Shown here piece after piece: positions 45,034 through 53,912 of a stretch of DNA of 64,000 nt. The notes under the pieces were generated by a model, which was not told where the DNA came from, searched no databases, and saw only the letters and a program-made list of their open reading frames with translations. Location: IMG/VR virus record IMGVR_UViG_3300028654_000009. One strand, given 5' to 3'. Positions within the stretch are counted from its first letter, which is position 1, and the number at the start of each line of letters is the position of its first letter. A program made the position numbers and the translations under genes. Source of the DNA: a virus.

Positions 45034-45712
45034 GCTGGACTACCGTGCCGACGTCTTGGAAGACGTCCTCGAAATCCCTATACCAATCCCCGCAATACAC
45101 CAGAGCATTCGCCATGACTGCCGGACCTTCCACCGCACCCCGAAACTTGAGCCGGCCCTTGACGAAGCAGACCGACTGAGCCCTCTGGAACACAAGCTCC
45201 TGCCAGTGAGCCGTATCGGTGGCCACAGGAATCAGAGAGATGCTGTTGACGTGGTCTTTTTCGTACGAGACGATAGCCTTCTCGACCCAGTCGTAGATGG
45301 TGGTAGCCTTAAAGCGCTGGGCAGCAGCGGGGCTGATTGCAAGGCCTTTGACTGTCGTGAAAATATCATCCGGCTGACCCTTGTCGAGCCCTCGAAGGGC
45401 TGTCCAAAGCTTCTTGGCGTCAGAGAACTCCTTTTGAGAGTACACATGCAGCCTGTCGTCGCTGAGGTAGGTGCGGCCGTAAGGCGGATTGCTAAAGGCG
45501 TTGGTGTTATGGTCCTCGGTGACATCCCAGCTGTCCTCAAGACCGTTGTTCTTGGGGAGCATGAACTCCACCGTAGCCTTGACGATGGAGTTAGGTCCCG
45601 AGCATGGGTCGAGGTCAATTGTCCCATGGAAGAACTTCCGCACGGGCTTCAGAATCTGCTCAGGCGTGCCCCAATGCATGGACGCGCCCACATCGATATG
45701 ATCGCTACTCAA
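45023..45712 (-). CDS. phage DNA N6-adenine methyltransferase (Dam-like) with insertion
   Basis: WGTP, IDLDPCS, NPPYGR, IPVATDT..W, KGRLKF; TTG start after AGGAGG. Confidence 0.85.
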   Translation of the reverse strand: MSSDHIDVGASMHWGTPEQILKPVRKFFHGTIDLDPCSGPNSIVKATVEFMLPKNNGLEDSWDVTEDHNTNAFSNPPYGRTYLSDDRLHVYSQKEFSDAKKLWTALRGLDKGQPDDIFTTVKGLAISPAAAQRFKATTIYDWVEKAIVSYEKDHVNSISLIPVATDTAHWQELVFQRAQSVCFVKGRLKFRGAVEGPAVMANALVYCGDWYRDFEDVFQDVGTVVQLRK

Positions 45713-45947
45713 ACTTTCCTCCTTTGATGTCTTCAAGACGTTGTGAGATTCGACGAAGAGCTTCGGTAGGTCCCCTTTCAAGTAGAGTTTGCACGGCCCA
45801 GTCGCCGAACTCGATCATGGCGCGCGTGGCACTTTCGCGGTGCTCACAGCAACGCTCGGAATGCCCGAACTTATCGTCACCAGCCCCGACGTAGCATTGA
45901 AGCCGGTCCAAGCATTCCTCATGCGCAAGCTTACGTGGCGTCTTCAC
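45705..45947 (-). CDS. hypothetical protein
   Basis: GTGA overlap in operon. Confidence 0.65.
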   Translation of the reverse strand: MKTPRKLAHEECLDRLQCYVGAGDDKFGHSERCCEHRESATRAMIEFGDWAVQTLLERGPTEALRRISQRLEDIKGGKFE

Positions 45948-46330
45948 TTGCTTCCCTCATCCATCCGCAACAGCGCCCGAACAGTCCGGAGGTCGTCCAG
46001 GGTGACGCCCCTGGGGAAGCTATACCGGCAGCGGTCATAGTCCTTGCGGAAGCGTGACCATTCCTCGATCATCTCCTGCTCGGCTGCGTAAGCCTCCCGT
46101 GAGGGGTAGCCTCGTCCGTCGATTGGGTTGCCTTCTTTGCTGCTGAGGTTATCCATGCGGAGATTCCACTGCAACGGCCGGCCCACGAAGTCTGCCTTTT
46201 CCGCCTCTTCCACCGTCATGTAAATGCGACCCACCGCAACCACCCGCACGTCGAAGATGGACACCTCGCGCCAGCGGTGGGTGCGGACCACAATCAGCTT
46301 GTCGCCAACCGAATACTTTGCCTTGGACAT
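45944..46330 (-). CDS. beta-barrel phage protein
   Basis: SVGDKLIV...VVAVGRIYMTV; AAGGAG SD. Confidence 0.8.
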   Translation of the reverse strand: MSKAKYSVGDKLIVVRTHRWREVSIFDVRVVAVGRIYMTVEEAEKADFVGRPLQWNLRMDNLSSKEGNPIDGRGYPSREAYAAEQEMIEEWSRFRKDYDRCRYSFPRGVTLDDLRTVRALLRMDEGSK

Positions 46331-46348
46331 GTCAAACTCCTTAATGTG

Positions 46349-46376
46349 AAGATACCACAGCTCTGCGGGCCGTCAA
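46349..46376 (-). promoter_or_regulatory. sigma70-like early promoter
   Basis: TTGACG-N16-TATCTT with TGn extension. Confidence 0.75.
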
Positions 46377-46381
46377 GGCCG

Positions 46382-46387
46382 AATCTT
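46382..46387 (+). promoter_or_regulatory. putative late promoter AATCTT
   Basis: AATCTT-gggaaa-ATG(46394). Confidence 0.75.
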
Positions 46388-46393
46388 GGGAAA

Positions 46394-47308
46394 ATGGAAG
46401 TCATCCCGTCTTTTCACCAAACCCGCAAGGTGGGGGCCCACGAGGCCAACAACCGTGGCTTCGATAACACAATGCTCCGGGCGGGCGAGGTCAAGGCTAT
46501 CATTTATCCGGAAGACACCAACTCCAGGTCGAAAAAGTGGATTGAATACGACGTGTTAGTCTCTCACCGCGAGAACGGGACCAGCGTCACCAAGCTCTAT
46601 CATAATTGTATTCTAGCTAACGATTTGCAGGGCCTGGCAGACAGCTCGTTCAGGACACTGCGCGTAGACGTGCCTCCTCCAGGAAGCATCACAGACAGTT
46701 TCTCCCAGCTTAAGCCCGGGGACGGGTCGAGAGTTCTGCTCCTTTGCATCAACGGCGACACAGCTAACGCGGTGATTATTTCGGGGTTGCGGAACAGCTC
46801 GGAGGACGACCTGGGGGTCAAGGACCTGGGCCACCACCTGGACTATGAATTCAACGGCGTGCACCTGAGCATCCAGGATGACGGTAGCTTCTCGATTACG
46901 AAGAATGGGCCCACCACCCCTGCCGGCGATTTCGATAGCGCCAGGGGCACGGCAGAGGCCAATGGCACAGTTGTAGAGGTAGACGTAGACGGCTCTTTCC
47001 GGGTCTCGACCAAGGACAACGCCCAGTCGGTAGTCATCGACAACAAGGCCGGCACGATTACGGTATCGGGGGACCAGGACCTGACGCTTAACGCCGACAC
47101 GATTCACATCGGGACCAAGGCTACAGAGGCGGCCGTGCTGGGCAACACTCTAGTGTCGCTGCTAAGCAGCATGGTGGACGCGATTACTGCCATCACCCAT
47201 ATCTGCCCGGTGGGCACCTCGGGGCCGCCAGTGAACACGCCGGCTTTTAAGGCTTTACAGGCCCAGCTTCAGACGGCTCTGTCGTCGTTCGTGACCGTGG
47301 GAAAGTAA
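46394..47308 (+). CDS. baseplate central spike (gpV/gp5-like)
   Basis: OB-like N-terminus, beta-helix repeats, AVLGNTL...ITHICPVGTSGPP tip. Confidence 0.75.
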   Translation: MEVIPSFHQTRKVGAHEANNRGFDNTMLRAGEVKAIIYPEDTNSRSKKWIEYDVLVSHRENGTSVTKLYHNCILANDLQGLADSSFRTLRVDVPPPGSITDSFSQLKPGDGSRVLLLCINGDTANAVIISGLRNSSEDDLGVKDLGHHLDYEFNGVHLSIQDDGSFSITKNGPTTPAGDFDSARGTAEANGTVVEVDVDGSFRVSTKDNAQSVVIDNKAGTITVSGDQDLTLNADTIHIGTKATEAAVLGNTLVSLLSSMVDAITAITHICPVGTSGPPVNTPAFKALQAQLQTALSSFVTVGK

Positions 47309-47537
47309 CCGCCCACGCCTTTTGGAGATTCTCATTCGCTTCCAGAAGCGCCGCGTAAGCCGCATCGACTTTGTTGTCTGCGTTATGCAGTAACTGCCAT
47401 CGCCGGTCTCGGTCTATGTGCCTAGTGAACCGAATATCGTCTCTCTCATTGCAGGCAATGATGAGGTCATCGAGCTTTTCGGACTGGGCCTGCTCTAGGT
47501 CTTCCAGATGTTCCATCTCCGCTTCTGTTATCGGCAT
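47247..47537 (-). CDS. small helical protein
   Basis: TGATG coupling. Confidence 0.65.
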   Translation of the reverse strand: MPITEAEMEHLEDLEQAQSEKLDDLIIACNERDDIRFTRHIDRDRRWQLLHNADNKVDAAYAALLEANENLQKAWAVTFPRSRTTTEPSEAGPVKP

Positions 47538-47833
47538 CAGACTCGCTTCCCCTGTTCTTGGGCCCGGTCACTTGCCTCTGCAAAAGCGGCGTAGGCCTGG
47601 CCGCGCAAGCGCACCGCTTCCTTGAAGTCTTCCGTCGCTCGGTCGAAACTGTCCAGCGGGAAAACCCTGCCGTAGCCATAGATAGAAGAGTGTATGGCGT
47701 GGATCAGGGCAGTCGAACGTTCCAGGCAAACTCGGTCAGCTTCGTTAAACGCTTCCGAGGCTTCGTAAAGCGCCTCGGTGTCCCTGGTGAGGTCAGAGCC
47801 GGGCTTGTTGTTGGGAGTCACCGTGTCACTCAT
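47537..47833 (-). CDS. small helical-hairpin protein
   Basis: GGAG SD; in operon. Confidence 0.7.
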   Translation of the reverse strand: MSDTVTPNNKPGSDLTRDTEALYEASEAFNEADRVCLERSTALIHAIHSSIYGYGRVFPLDSFDRATEDFKEAVRLRGQAYAAFAEASDRAQEQGKRV

Positions 47834-48116
47834 CTTTCGTCTCCACTTCGTCAGAAGGATACGCGCACTCGATTCGGTCGCAGCACTCGGCGCACTCCAT
47901 GTGCATGTCTTCCCAGTTGGCATCGCATCCTACGACGCGGTACATCTGGCCGTCCCTGTCACGGGTGGCCCGGCCAATGCGCAGGACCTCGACCTTGACG
48001 CAGTCCGGGCAAAGAGTCTCGCCGGTCCCCATCAGGAAGAACAGCGGATAGCTCCCGATGGGGGTGAACTTCCCCATACGCAGGTCTCGAATCAGGTGGT
48101 GGTAGGTGTAGGTCAT
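47826..48116 (-). CDS. Zn-binding phage protein
   Basis: GSYPLFF...LCPDC...CAEC...IECAY. Confidence 0.8.
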   Translation of the reverse strand: MTYTYHHLIRDLRMGKFTPIGSYPLFFLMGTGETLCPDCVKVEVLRIGRATRDRDGQMYRVVGCDANWEDMHMECAECCDRIECAYPSDEVETKDE

Positions 48117-48403
48117 GATTGGTCGCCCTTCAGGAAGTTCTGGTAGGTCGTCTCGGCGGCGTCGCGGGCGCAGAGGAACTTGACGACACTGTCGTACTTC
48201 GCGTTCAGAGCGCTGATCCCTTTGGGGCCGACGTAGTCCTGCTTGTTCACGCCGGCCAGAGCCTGATTCAGCTCTACGACCGCAAGCTGGTAGCGCTCGT
48301 CAGCCTCGAACCAGATATCCGCCAAGAGCTGGCGCTCCTGGTAGAAGTCTTCCTCCCCCAGAAGTCGGGTTGTTTTCGATGCCCAGCTGTCCGATTGGCT
48401 CAT
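48113..48403 (-). CDS. small helical protein
   Basis: AGGAG SD in repeated leader. Confidence 0.8.
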   Translation of the reverse strand: MSQSDSWASKTTRLLGEEDFYQERQLLADIWFEADERYQLAVVELNQALAGVNKQDYVGPKGISALNAKYDSVVKFLCARDAAETTYQNFLKGDQS

Positions 48404-48471
48404 GGGATTCTCCTAGAAAGGGTTTTCGTCGGGACAAGAATTACTCTATGATACTCCACCGGAGTCGTCAA
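48401..48471 (-). promoter_or_regulatory. early promoter plus repeated leader
   Basis: TTGACG-N17-TAGAGT then aattcttgtcccgacgaaaacc...aggagaatcccATG. Confidence 0.75.
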
Positions 48472-48649
48472 GCTGAATTTTAAGAATAATGAGAGCTTCC
48501 TCTTCTACCGCAACGCGCAGCATGGGCGTCTCAACGTCGAGCATGGCAGTTACGGCCATTTTTACCGCCGTTTCTGGTTGGGTCCCACGTCGCCTGACGT
48601 AAAACGCGGCCAGCCGGAACACGGCGTCTACCAGGTCGTGGAAGGTCAT
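48446..48649 (-). CDS. hypothetical protein
   Basis: ATGA overlap. Confidence 0.65.
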   Translation of the reverse strand: MTFHDLVDAVFRLAAFYVRRRGTQPETAVKMAVTAMLDVETPMLRVAVEEEALIILKIQLDDSGGVS

Positions 48650-48915
48650 GACCCCATCTGGCTTCCAGCCGACCAGTCAGCGTCCGATCGGGCCTTATCG
48701 GCCTCCTTCTGGAGGGCGTTTATCCAGTCGCGGGCCTGGTTCAGCTGGCCACGCAGACGTTTAATTTCGGCGTCACGATTGATGATGATCTCCCGGGCCA
48801 GTCTCAGAGATTGCTCTAGCTCGTCAAGCTGATTGCCCAGGCTTAAAATTTCCGCTTCCGGGTCGCCATCCCCAAGGCCAACGTTGGTCCAATCTGGGCC
48901 TGCTGGGCACATCAC
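48646..48915 (-). CDS. short coiled-coil protein
   Basis: Heptads; overlap coupling. Confidence 0.7.
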   Translation of the reverse strand: MMCPAGPDWTNVGLGDGDPEAEILSLGNQLDELEQSLRLAREIIINRDAEIKRLRGQLNQARDWINALQKEADKARSDADWSAGSQMGS

Positions 48916-49199
48916 ACACCAACCTTCGCGGCTTCAATGACACCAGCCGAAATGACGTCCTGGGCCACCGAAGCGACCTCCTGGACGTAGTCGAACCAGC
49001 CCTCCACACGGTCGGAGTCTGCACCCCGCAAACACGACGTCAGCAGCTGCTCGTTGGTGAAGTCGCCGGCAACCAGCTGGGTCAGGTCGAGGTCCGGGTC
49101 GATGCCCACCTCGTCGATATTCGCCTGCGCAAGCTCGGTGAAGCGCCAGGGGCGGTGGGAGGGAGGGGTGAACACGAAAGCCATATTGGAAGCGGTCAT
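48912..49199 (-). CDS. acidic hypothetical protein
   Basis: AGGAG SD; CLRGAD..RVEGW.DYV. Confidence 0.75.
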   Translation of the reverse strand: MTASNMAFVFTPPSHRPWRFTELAQANIDEVGIDPDLDLTQLVAGDFTNEQLLTSCLRGADSDRVEGWFDYVQEVASVAQDVISAGVIEAAKVGV

Positions 49200-49219
49200 G
49201 GTGTCTCCTGTGAAAGGGG

Positions 49220-49414
49220 TTAGTAAATCGCCAAATCTTTCGGAATCCGATTATCATAGTTCGAGTTCCAGCAGGGCCCGCAGAAGCCATTGCGGTAATT
49301 CGTTGGCGTGTCGCACAGGCGACACTTGCCGTTGTCGCGCCGGTCGGGGAAACGAGCCTCCAGGTCCTTCTGGCGCTGCGACTTGGAGAGCGAAGTAGAC
49401 GATTTGTTCTTCAT
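49220..49414 (-). CDS. small Zn-finger protein
   Basis: CRLC...FCGPC. Confidence 0.7.
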   Translation of the reverse strand: MKNKSSTSLSKSQRQKDLEARFPDRRDNGKCRLCDTPTNYRNGFCGPCWNSNYDNRIPKDLAIY

Positions 49415-49421
49415 TGGTTGG

Positions 49422-49601
49422 CTACCGGTTGACGGACCGCGAGAGCCGCTCCGACGGGGTCTCAGCGGCGGACTTTTCGATCTGCTCTCGGATTGCGGGG
49501 ATAGACTTGAGCACCGCCCGAGCGATGATGAGCCAGAAAAGCGCGACGCAGAAGAAAAAACACGCGAAGAGGGACAAAAGAATGATAATCACGGTTGCCA
49601 T
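49422..49601 (-). CDS. small membrane protein (59 aa)
   Basis: MATVIIILLSLFACFFFCVALFWLII; AGGAG SD in repeated leader. Confidence 0.7.
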   Translation of the reverse strand: MATVIIILLSLFACFFFCVALFWLIIARAVLKSIPAIREQIEKSAAETPSERLSRSVNR

Positions 49602-49667
49602 GGGATTCTCCTAGAGAGGTTTTCGTCGGGACAAGAATTACTCTACCAGGGTTTTGAGAGTCGTCAA
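49599..49667 (-). promoter_or_regulatory. early promoter plus repeated leader
   Basis: TTGACG-N16-TAGAGT with TGn extension. Confidence 0.8.
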
Positions 49668-49673
49668 GAACTT

Positions 49674-50144
49674 TCAACCGAATTTCTTCTGATTCCGGCG
49701 GTGGCGGGCAAGGTGCCCCTTCTCCAGCTTGAGGAACTTTTTGGCCTCCTCGGGGGTCCTCAGGACTTGTGACGCAAAAGGCGAAAGCTCGTGAACCTTC
49801 TTGGCGCAGGCCTCGCCCAGCGAGAACCAGCCCTTCGGAAGCTCCTTCTCGGGGTCGAACCCGTAGAGAACCAGGCCCTCGGCGGTGTAGTCCGCCACGT
49901 GGGCGAACGCCTCCAGCTCTTCGTCCGTGATCCCGGCCGCATGAGCCTTGGGGCGGTCCATCATGAACAGGTCCATAAGCGTCATGCTGCTGGCCACCGG
50001 CGTTCCTACATACTGGGCGGGGAGAAACCACTCGTTGGCAATGATATTCTCCCAGTACGCGATATACCGGAGGTCGTTGGCGATCTCCTTGTCGTAGTCG
50101 ATTTTGTGGGACCAGGGGTTCTTCTTGCTGAATGAGTAGCTCAT
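49674..50144 (-). CDS. hypothetical protein
   Basis: Leaderless position after promoter. Confidence 0.75.
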   Translation of the reverse strand: MSYSFSKKNPWSHKIDYDKEIANDLRYIAYWENIIANEWFLPAQYVGTPVASSMTLMDLFMMDRPKAHAAGITDEELEAFAHVADYTAEGLVLYGFDPEKELPKGWFSLGEACAKKVHELSPFASQVLRTPEEAKKFLKLEKGHLARHRRNQKKFG

Positions 50145-50151
50145 GTCAATC

Positions 50152-50179
50152 ACTCTACCAGACTATCAAAAGGTGTCAA
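50152..50179 (-). promoter_or_regulatory. sigma70-like early promoter
   Basis: TTGACA-N16-TAGAGT; 50152-50181 identical to 59789-59818. Confidence 0.8.
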
Positions 50180-50184
50180 GGAAC

Positions 50185-50190
50185 AATCTT
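50185..50190 (+). promoter_or_regulatory. putative late promoter AATCTT
   Basis: AATCTT-agggt-ATG(50196). Confidence 0.75.
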
Positions 50191-50195
50191 AGGGT

Positions 50196-50636
50196 ATGCG
50201 TTTTCAGCCTGACGGATACTCTTGCGGCCCCGTGGCAGCAATGAACGTTATCCAGGCAATGACAGGGCGAAGACCCCACCGGGCGACCTTCCTGAAAGAC
50301 TCGGGGACCTCCAAAACCAACGGGACAACCCACTTCGGGCTCCAGCAAGCTATCGAGCGGGCCGGGTTCAAGCCGGTGGAGATCGCAGGGGCGTTTGATA
50401 CCGCTTACGAAACGCTCCAGGACTGCTTGGCGAAGGGCTGGGGAGCCGTTTTGCTGACCGAGCGAGGGAACCACTGGATAGCGGCTGTGGGTCGCCTGGG
50501 AGAGCGCGTAGCGGTGTTTGACAGCTTCCCCCACAGCGGCCACCCGGGCGTCCATGTGTATTCCAGGGCCCAGCTCCGAAGAGTCTGGACTCCCTGCGGC
50601 CCGGGTGGCCGCTACGCTATTGCCGTTACGCGCTAA
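50196..50636 (+). CDS. C39-like cysteine peptidase
   Basis: QPDGYSCGPVA, NGTT, NHWIA, AVFDS (Q-C-H-D). Confidence 0.8.
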   Translation: MRFQPDGYSCGPVAAMNVIQAMTGRRPHRATFLKDSGTSKTNGTTHFGLQQAIERAGFKPVEIAGAFDTAYETLQDCLAKGWGAVLLTERGNHWIAAVGRLGERVAVFDSFPHSGHPGVHVYSRAQLRRVWTPCGPGGRYAIAVTR

Positions 50637-50752
50637 TCGCCGTCCTCGTCGTCGCCTGGGTCCCATTCAATCATCGCCACCGTAACCAACATTGCGATTG
50701 CCCCGCAAACCACTCCGATAGCGAACAAGACGGTACCAGCCAAGGGGTCCAT
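50633..50752 (-). CDS. tiny membrane protein (39 aa)
   Basis: TAATG coupling; one TM plus acidic tail. Confidence 0.55.
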   Translation of the reverse strand: MDPLAGTVLFAIGVVCGAIAMLVTVAMIEWDPGDDEDGD

Positions 50753-51828
50753 TAAAACCCGTCCAGGTCGGGGTGGTGGTTGTGCGGATTGCCCCAATGA
50801 ACCAGCTCGCACAGGGTCCGGTCAATAGCGACCCGGTCAGGCCCGTGTGGCAGCTTCGAGGTCTGGTAGGCGGACTCGATTAGCTGGTCGGTGCTGGCTG
50901 CATACTCAATCAGCCTGTCGTAGCTCCAGGCTCCATTGCGAATCGCCAACAGCTCCTCGGCGTCTGGCCTCTTTACGATGCAACCCTTCCCTTCAAGGAT
51001 TTCCTTGCACATCCGCATCAGCCGCACGAGGTGGGCCCCGTGCTTGGCGTCGTAACCAGACTGAGCTTCCAGAGCGGCCCTGGCCGGGTTGCGCTCGGTC
51101 TTCCACTTCTGATAGCTGACGTACTCACGCATGGCGGACCCGTACTTGCGCTCAGCGATAACGATGGGGATCAGGGCAGCCGACACGATCCCGTCAATGG
51201 CCTGGTGAATGAGATGCTCGTCTAAGATTTGGCCCTTGGTCGCTCCCAGCCCGCCGGCCACGTCTTCCAGCTTCTGGACCTTGGAGTTGATGAGCCCCAT
51301 TTCCTCCTTCGGGATTGTGGAATGCTCGGGGAGGTTGAAGTCAGCTCGCTCGGGCTTGCGGTCTCGGGGCTGCAGCAAGAAGCTCCGATGGGTCTTGATG
51401 CGCTTGAGCTGCGAATAAGCGTACCCAGAGAAACGGTGTCGAGCGGCCTTGGTCAGGAACAAGTCTCGAATGCCATACAGGCGCATCCAGTTGAAGTCGT
51501 CGCCTTCTTGCGGGTACAACCAATCGCTCTCGTCAGTGAACAACAGCTCAATGACGTTGGGGTTACACTCGGTAGCCAGAGCTACGAACTTGCGGATATC
51601 ATAAATCACGCAATCGATGTCGCCCTTGATTTCGGCTTGCTCGAACTTGTTGAGGAAGCCGTAGAAGTACCGCAGGGGCGGGATGGCCACGCCCCTGATG
51701 TCGAGGTCGGACGCAGGCGTGTTGGTCCCGTAAGCGTGGCTGCCGGCCTTGCACAAAAAGATGGTGCCGTTCTTGAGCCAGTCTAGGTTGCCCTTGTAAT
51801 GGGACCAATCGAATTTATCGGTAGACAA
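50752..51828 (-). CDS. DNA pol beta-superfamily nucleotidyltransferase (RlaP/Nuc-transf-like)
   Basis: GSHAYGTNTPASDLDIRGV, NPNVIELLF, GYDAKHGAHLVRL, LLAIRNG. Confidence 0.85.
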   Translation of the reverse strand: MSTDKFDWSHYKGNLDWLKNGTIFLCKAGSHAYGTNTPASDLDIRGVAIPPLRYFYGFLNKFEQAEIKGDIDCVIYDIRKFVALATECNPNVIELLFTDESDWLYPQEGDDFNWMRLYGIRDLFLTKAARHRFSGYAYSQLKRIKTHRSFLLQPRDRKPERADFNLPEHSTIPKEEMGLINSKVQKLEDVAGGLGATKGQILDEHLIHQAIDGIVSAALIPIVIAERKYGSAMREYVSYQKWKTERNPARAALEAQSGYDAKHGAHLVRLMRMCKEILEGKGCIVKRPDAEELLAIRNGAWSYDRLIEYAASTDQLIESAYQTSKLPHGPDRVAIDRTLCELVHWGNPHNHHPDLDGF

Positions 51829-51997
51829 GGTCCTTCTCCTCCCAAGTTTGCACCGAGCACAGATTCTTAATGCTCTTCTGCTTCTCTTGATGGTACAGAA
51901 TCGTCAAAACCTTCAGGTCAAAGGTGAGCTTCTCGACTTCCTTTTTGAGGGCGAGGTTCTCTTCCTGGACCTCGTCTAAATGCTTCCAGCCCATCAT
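51815..51997 (-). CDS. short coiled-coil protein
   Basis: ATGA overlap. Confidence 0.65.
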   Translation of the reverse strand: MMGWKHLDEVQEENLALKKEVEKLTFDLKVLTILYHQEKQKSIKNLCSVQTWEEKDLVYR

Positions 51998-52242
51998 TCA
52001 GTCCATTCCAGCTCTTCGTGCTCATTCCCAAGCTCTCGGGCCTGCGCAAGAATCATCTCCTCGGCCTCGATGAGGGCCTGTGCCATCCTGAGGATGTGTT
52101 CTTGTAATCGCTCCACCAAGACCTGCGCCTCCCAGGCCTCGTGCGAGCGGTCTTGGTAAGCGAGCCACAGTCGGTCGTATTCCGGCTGAGGCACATTTTC
52201 TAGCCGATAAGGTACCCTCTGGAAACGGTGTTGGGTGGGCAT
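51994..52242 (-). CDS. small helical protein
   Basis: AGGAG SD before MPTQH. Confidence 0.7.
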   Translation of the reverse strand: MPTQHRFQRVPYRLENVPQPEYDRLWLAYQDRSHEAWEAQVLVERLQEHILRMAQALIEAEEMILAQARELGNEHEELEWTE

Positions 52243-52250
52243 GGAGTCTC

Positions 52251-52580
52251 CTATTCGAAGTCGCTGAGGTCTTTTCCGTCGAAGATTAAAGCGTGGATCT
52301 TTTGCAGGGTCGGGGTCCCTAGCTTCCTGAGCCCGTGTTTTGTTACGGCCCTGATGTTGGAAACCAGCTTGGTGCGAAGACGTTCTTCTCGGTCGTGTGC
52401 GGTGTACGGACGGGCGAAGGAGTTGCTTCCCAGAAGGGCTCCCGTCTCTGGGTTGATGCTGTAAGGTCCGGCCACAATCATCGTAGGCAAACGTGAACTC
52501 ACCGTCGCCACCACCTCCCACGAGTTGTGGTCGATGACAACCTTGTCACCCACCTTCAGTGCTGCCAGCCAGCCAGCCAT
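52251..52580 (-). CDS. beta-barrel phage protein
   Basis: WLAALKVGDKVVI; resembles 45944-46330. Confidence 0.7.
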   Translation of the reverse strand: MAGWLAALKVGDKVVIDHNSWEVVATVSSRLPTMIVAGPYSINPETGALLGSNSFARPYTAHDREERLRTKLVSNIRAVTKHGLRKLGTPTLQKIHALIFDGKDLSDFE

Positions 52581-52816
52581 CAGTTCCTCTTTTCCATCCC
52601 CTTTGGAAGCCGGTACCAAAAAGCCTGGTGGTCAATCATCACCACATCGCCCAGCTCGATGGAAGAAACAAACAGGTCAATCAGCAGAGAGTGCAGGGAC
52701 CCCCGGCGGATACCCATGTCGAGGTCTTTCGTTCCGACCCGCTTGGTGACGTCGTAAATCGATTCAAGGTCGGCGGGGTCGAAGTAGCGGGTATCAATAT
52801 TCCAGTAAGTTGCCAT
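52580..52816 (-). CDS. hypothetical protein
   Basis: AAGGA SD. Confidence 0.7.
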   Translation of the reverse strand: MATYWNIDTRYFDPADLESIYDVTKRVGTKDLDMGIRRGSLHSLLIDLFVSSIELGDVVMIDHQAFWYRLPKGMEKRN

Positions 52817-52825
52817 GTATTCCTT

Positions 52826-53095
52826 TCAGGACAAGATCAGGTCGAGAGATTCAGAGAGTCCTACCTTGATGACGACCAAGAAGAAGTCGTCCATCTTTCT
52901 GGGGAGTACGTCCTCAGAGTAGCGTTCTGCAAACACCTTGATTGCAATGCGCTTGCCGGCGTCGTCAGAAACCACCTCGGCGGCAGCAAACCACGTTTCT
53001 CCCCCGTATCGAAAGTAGACCTCACTTAGGGCGTCTTCAAAAGGGTCGCTGGGCTTATCGGTGCTGAAACCTTCTCGTAACGGATTTTTGCTCAT
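52826..53095 (-). CDS. hypothetical protein
   Basis: ATGA overlap; GGAG SD. Confidence 0.7.
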   Translation of the reverse strand: MSKNPLREGFSTDKPSDPFEDALSEVYFRYGGETWFAAAEVVSDDAGKRIAIKVFAERYSEDVLPRKMDDFFLVVIKVGLSESLDLILS

Positions 53096-53487
53096 TGTCT
53101 CTCCAGTAGGTACGCAAGAGTTTTAAGGCCTTCCGACAGTTCAATCTTCCTTTTGATACCGGACAGCTTGTTGACCTTTTCGAGGTCCCACAAACACAAG
53201 GCCACGTCGAGGTCTTCTCCGATGAGGGCTCGCATGGTTTCTTCCGAGTCCACCCACCTGGGCTGCCAGGCCTTGCGCCCTTCCATCTTGAATCGCATGG
53301 TACGCAACGTCCCTCGAAGGCCAGCCTCGACGATTACGTAGCCAATGATATCGACTGGGTGGCCGTCAACCGAGAACACCTTGCTGCGGCCCACGTTGGA
53401 CAGGTTCAACTGCCCTTTGAAGACCCGCAAAGAAACCTTCTTAGCTGCTTCCGCCAGCTTCTGACGGTTCAAACGGAACAGGGACAT
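53092..53487 (-). CDS. hypothetical protein
   Basis: GGAGG SD before ATG 53487. Confidence 0.7.
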   Translation of the reverse strand: MSLFRLNRQKLAEAAKKVSLRVFKGQLNLSNVGRSKVFSVDGHPVDIIGYVIVEAGLRGTLRTMRFKMEGRKAWQPRWVDSEETMRALIGEDLDVALCLWDLEKVNKLSGIKRKIELSEGLKTLAYLLERQ

Positions 53488-53653
53488 CGGAGACCTCCAC
53501 TTTGTAGTCGGTACTGAGGAAGTTGCCGTCCGCCAGTCCGTCTTCGTATCCTTCATCGTAAGCGTGGTCATGGATGTCTTTCAAGACGATTACGAGCATC
53601 AAGACCCCGATCACCAGCCCAACGATAGCAATGTACAACAACAGTCCGGTCAT
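53441..53653 (-). CDS. TM protein with AxxxGxxxG motif
   Basis: TM plus AYDEGYEDG. Confidence 0.7.
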   Translation of the reverse strand: MTGLLLYIAIVGLVIGVLMLVIVLKDIHDHAYDEGYEDGLADGNFLSTDYKVEVSDVPVPFEPSEAGGSS

Positions 53654-53675
53654 TTTGACTCTCTTTCTTTTGTTA

Positions 53676-53912
53676 TCAGTTCAATGTTTCAGGCTTGTGG
53701 ATACGCTGGGTGGTCTCCAGGAGCAAACGCTCCTCTTCATTCTCACGAGCCTGAATCCGAGCTGCCAGCTCGGCGCGGACGAACTCCAGTCGGGCCCGTT
53801 CACGACCGATAAAAAAGAACCCCAGGTTGGTCACCAAGAACAACAAGAAGGTCGCCAGAAAAATCACTGCAGCACCGGGGTCTTGTCGTCGTCTTCGTAG
53901 TTCAGCTCGCAA
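53676..53912 (-). CDS. small TM protein
   Basis: One TM plus charged helix; start uncertain. Confidence 0.6.
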   Translation of the reverse strand: MRAELRRRRQDPGAAVIFLATFLLFLVTNLGFFFIGRERARLEFVRAELAARIQARENEEERLLLETTQRIHKPETLN

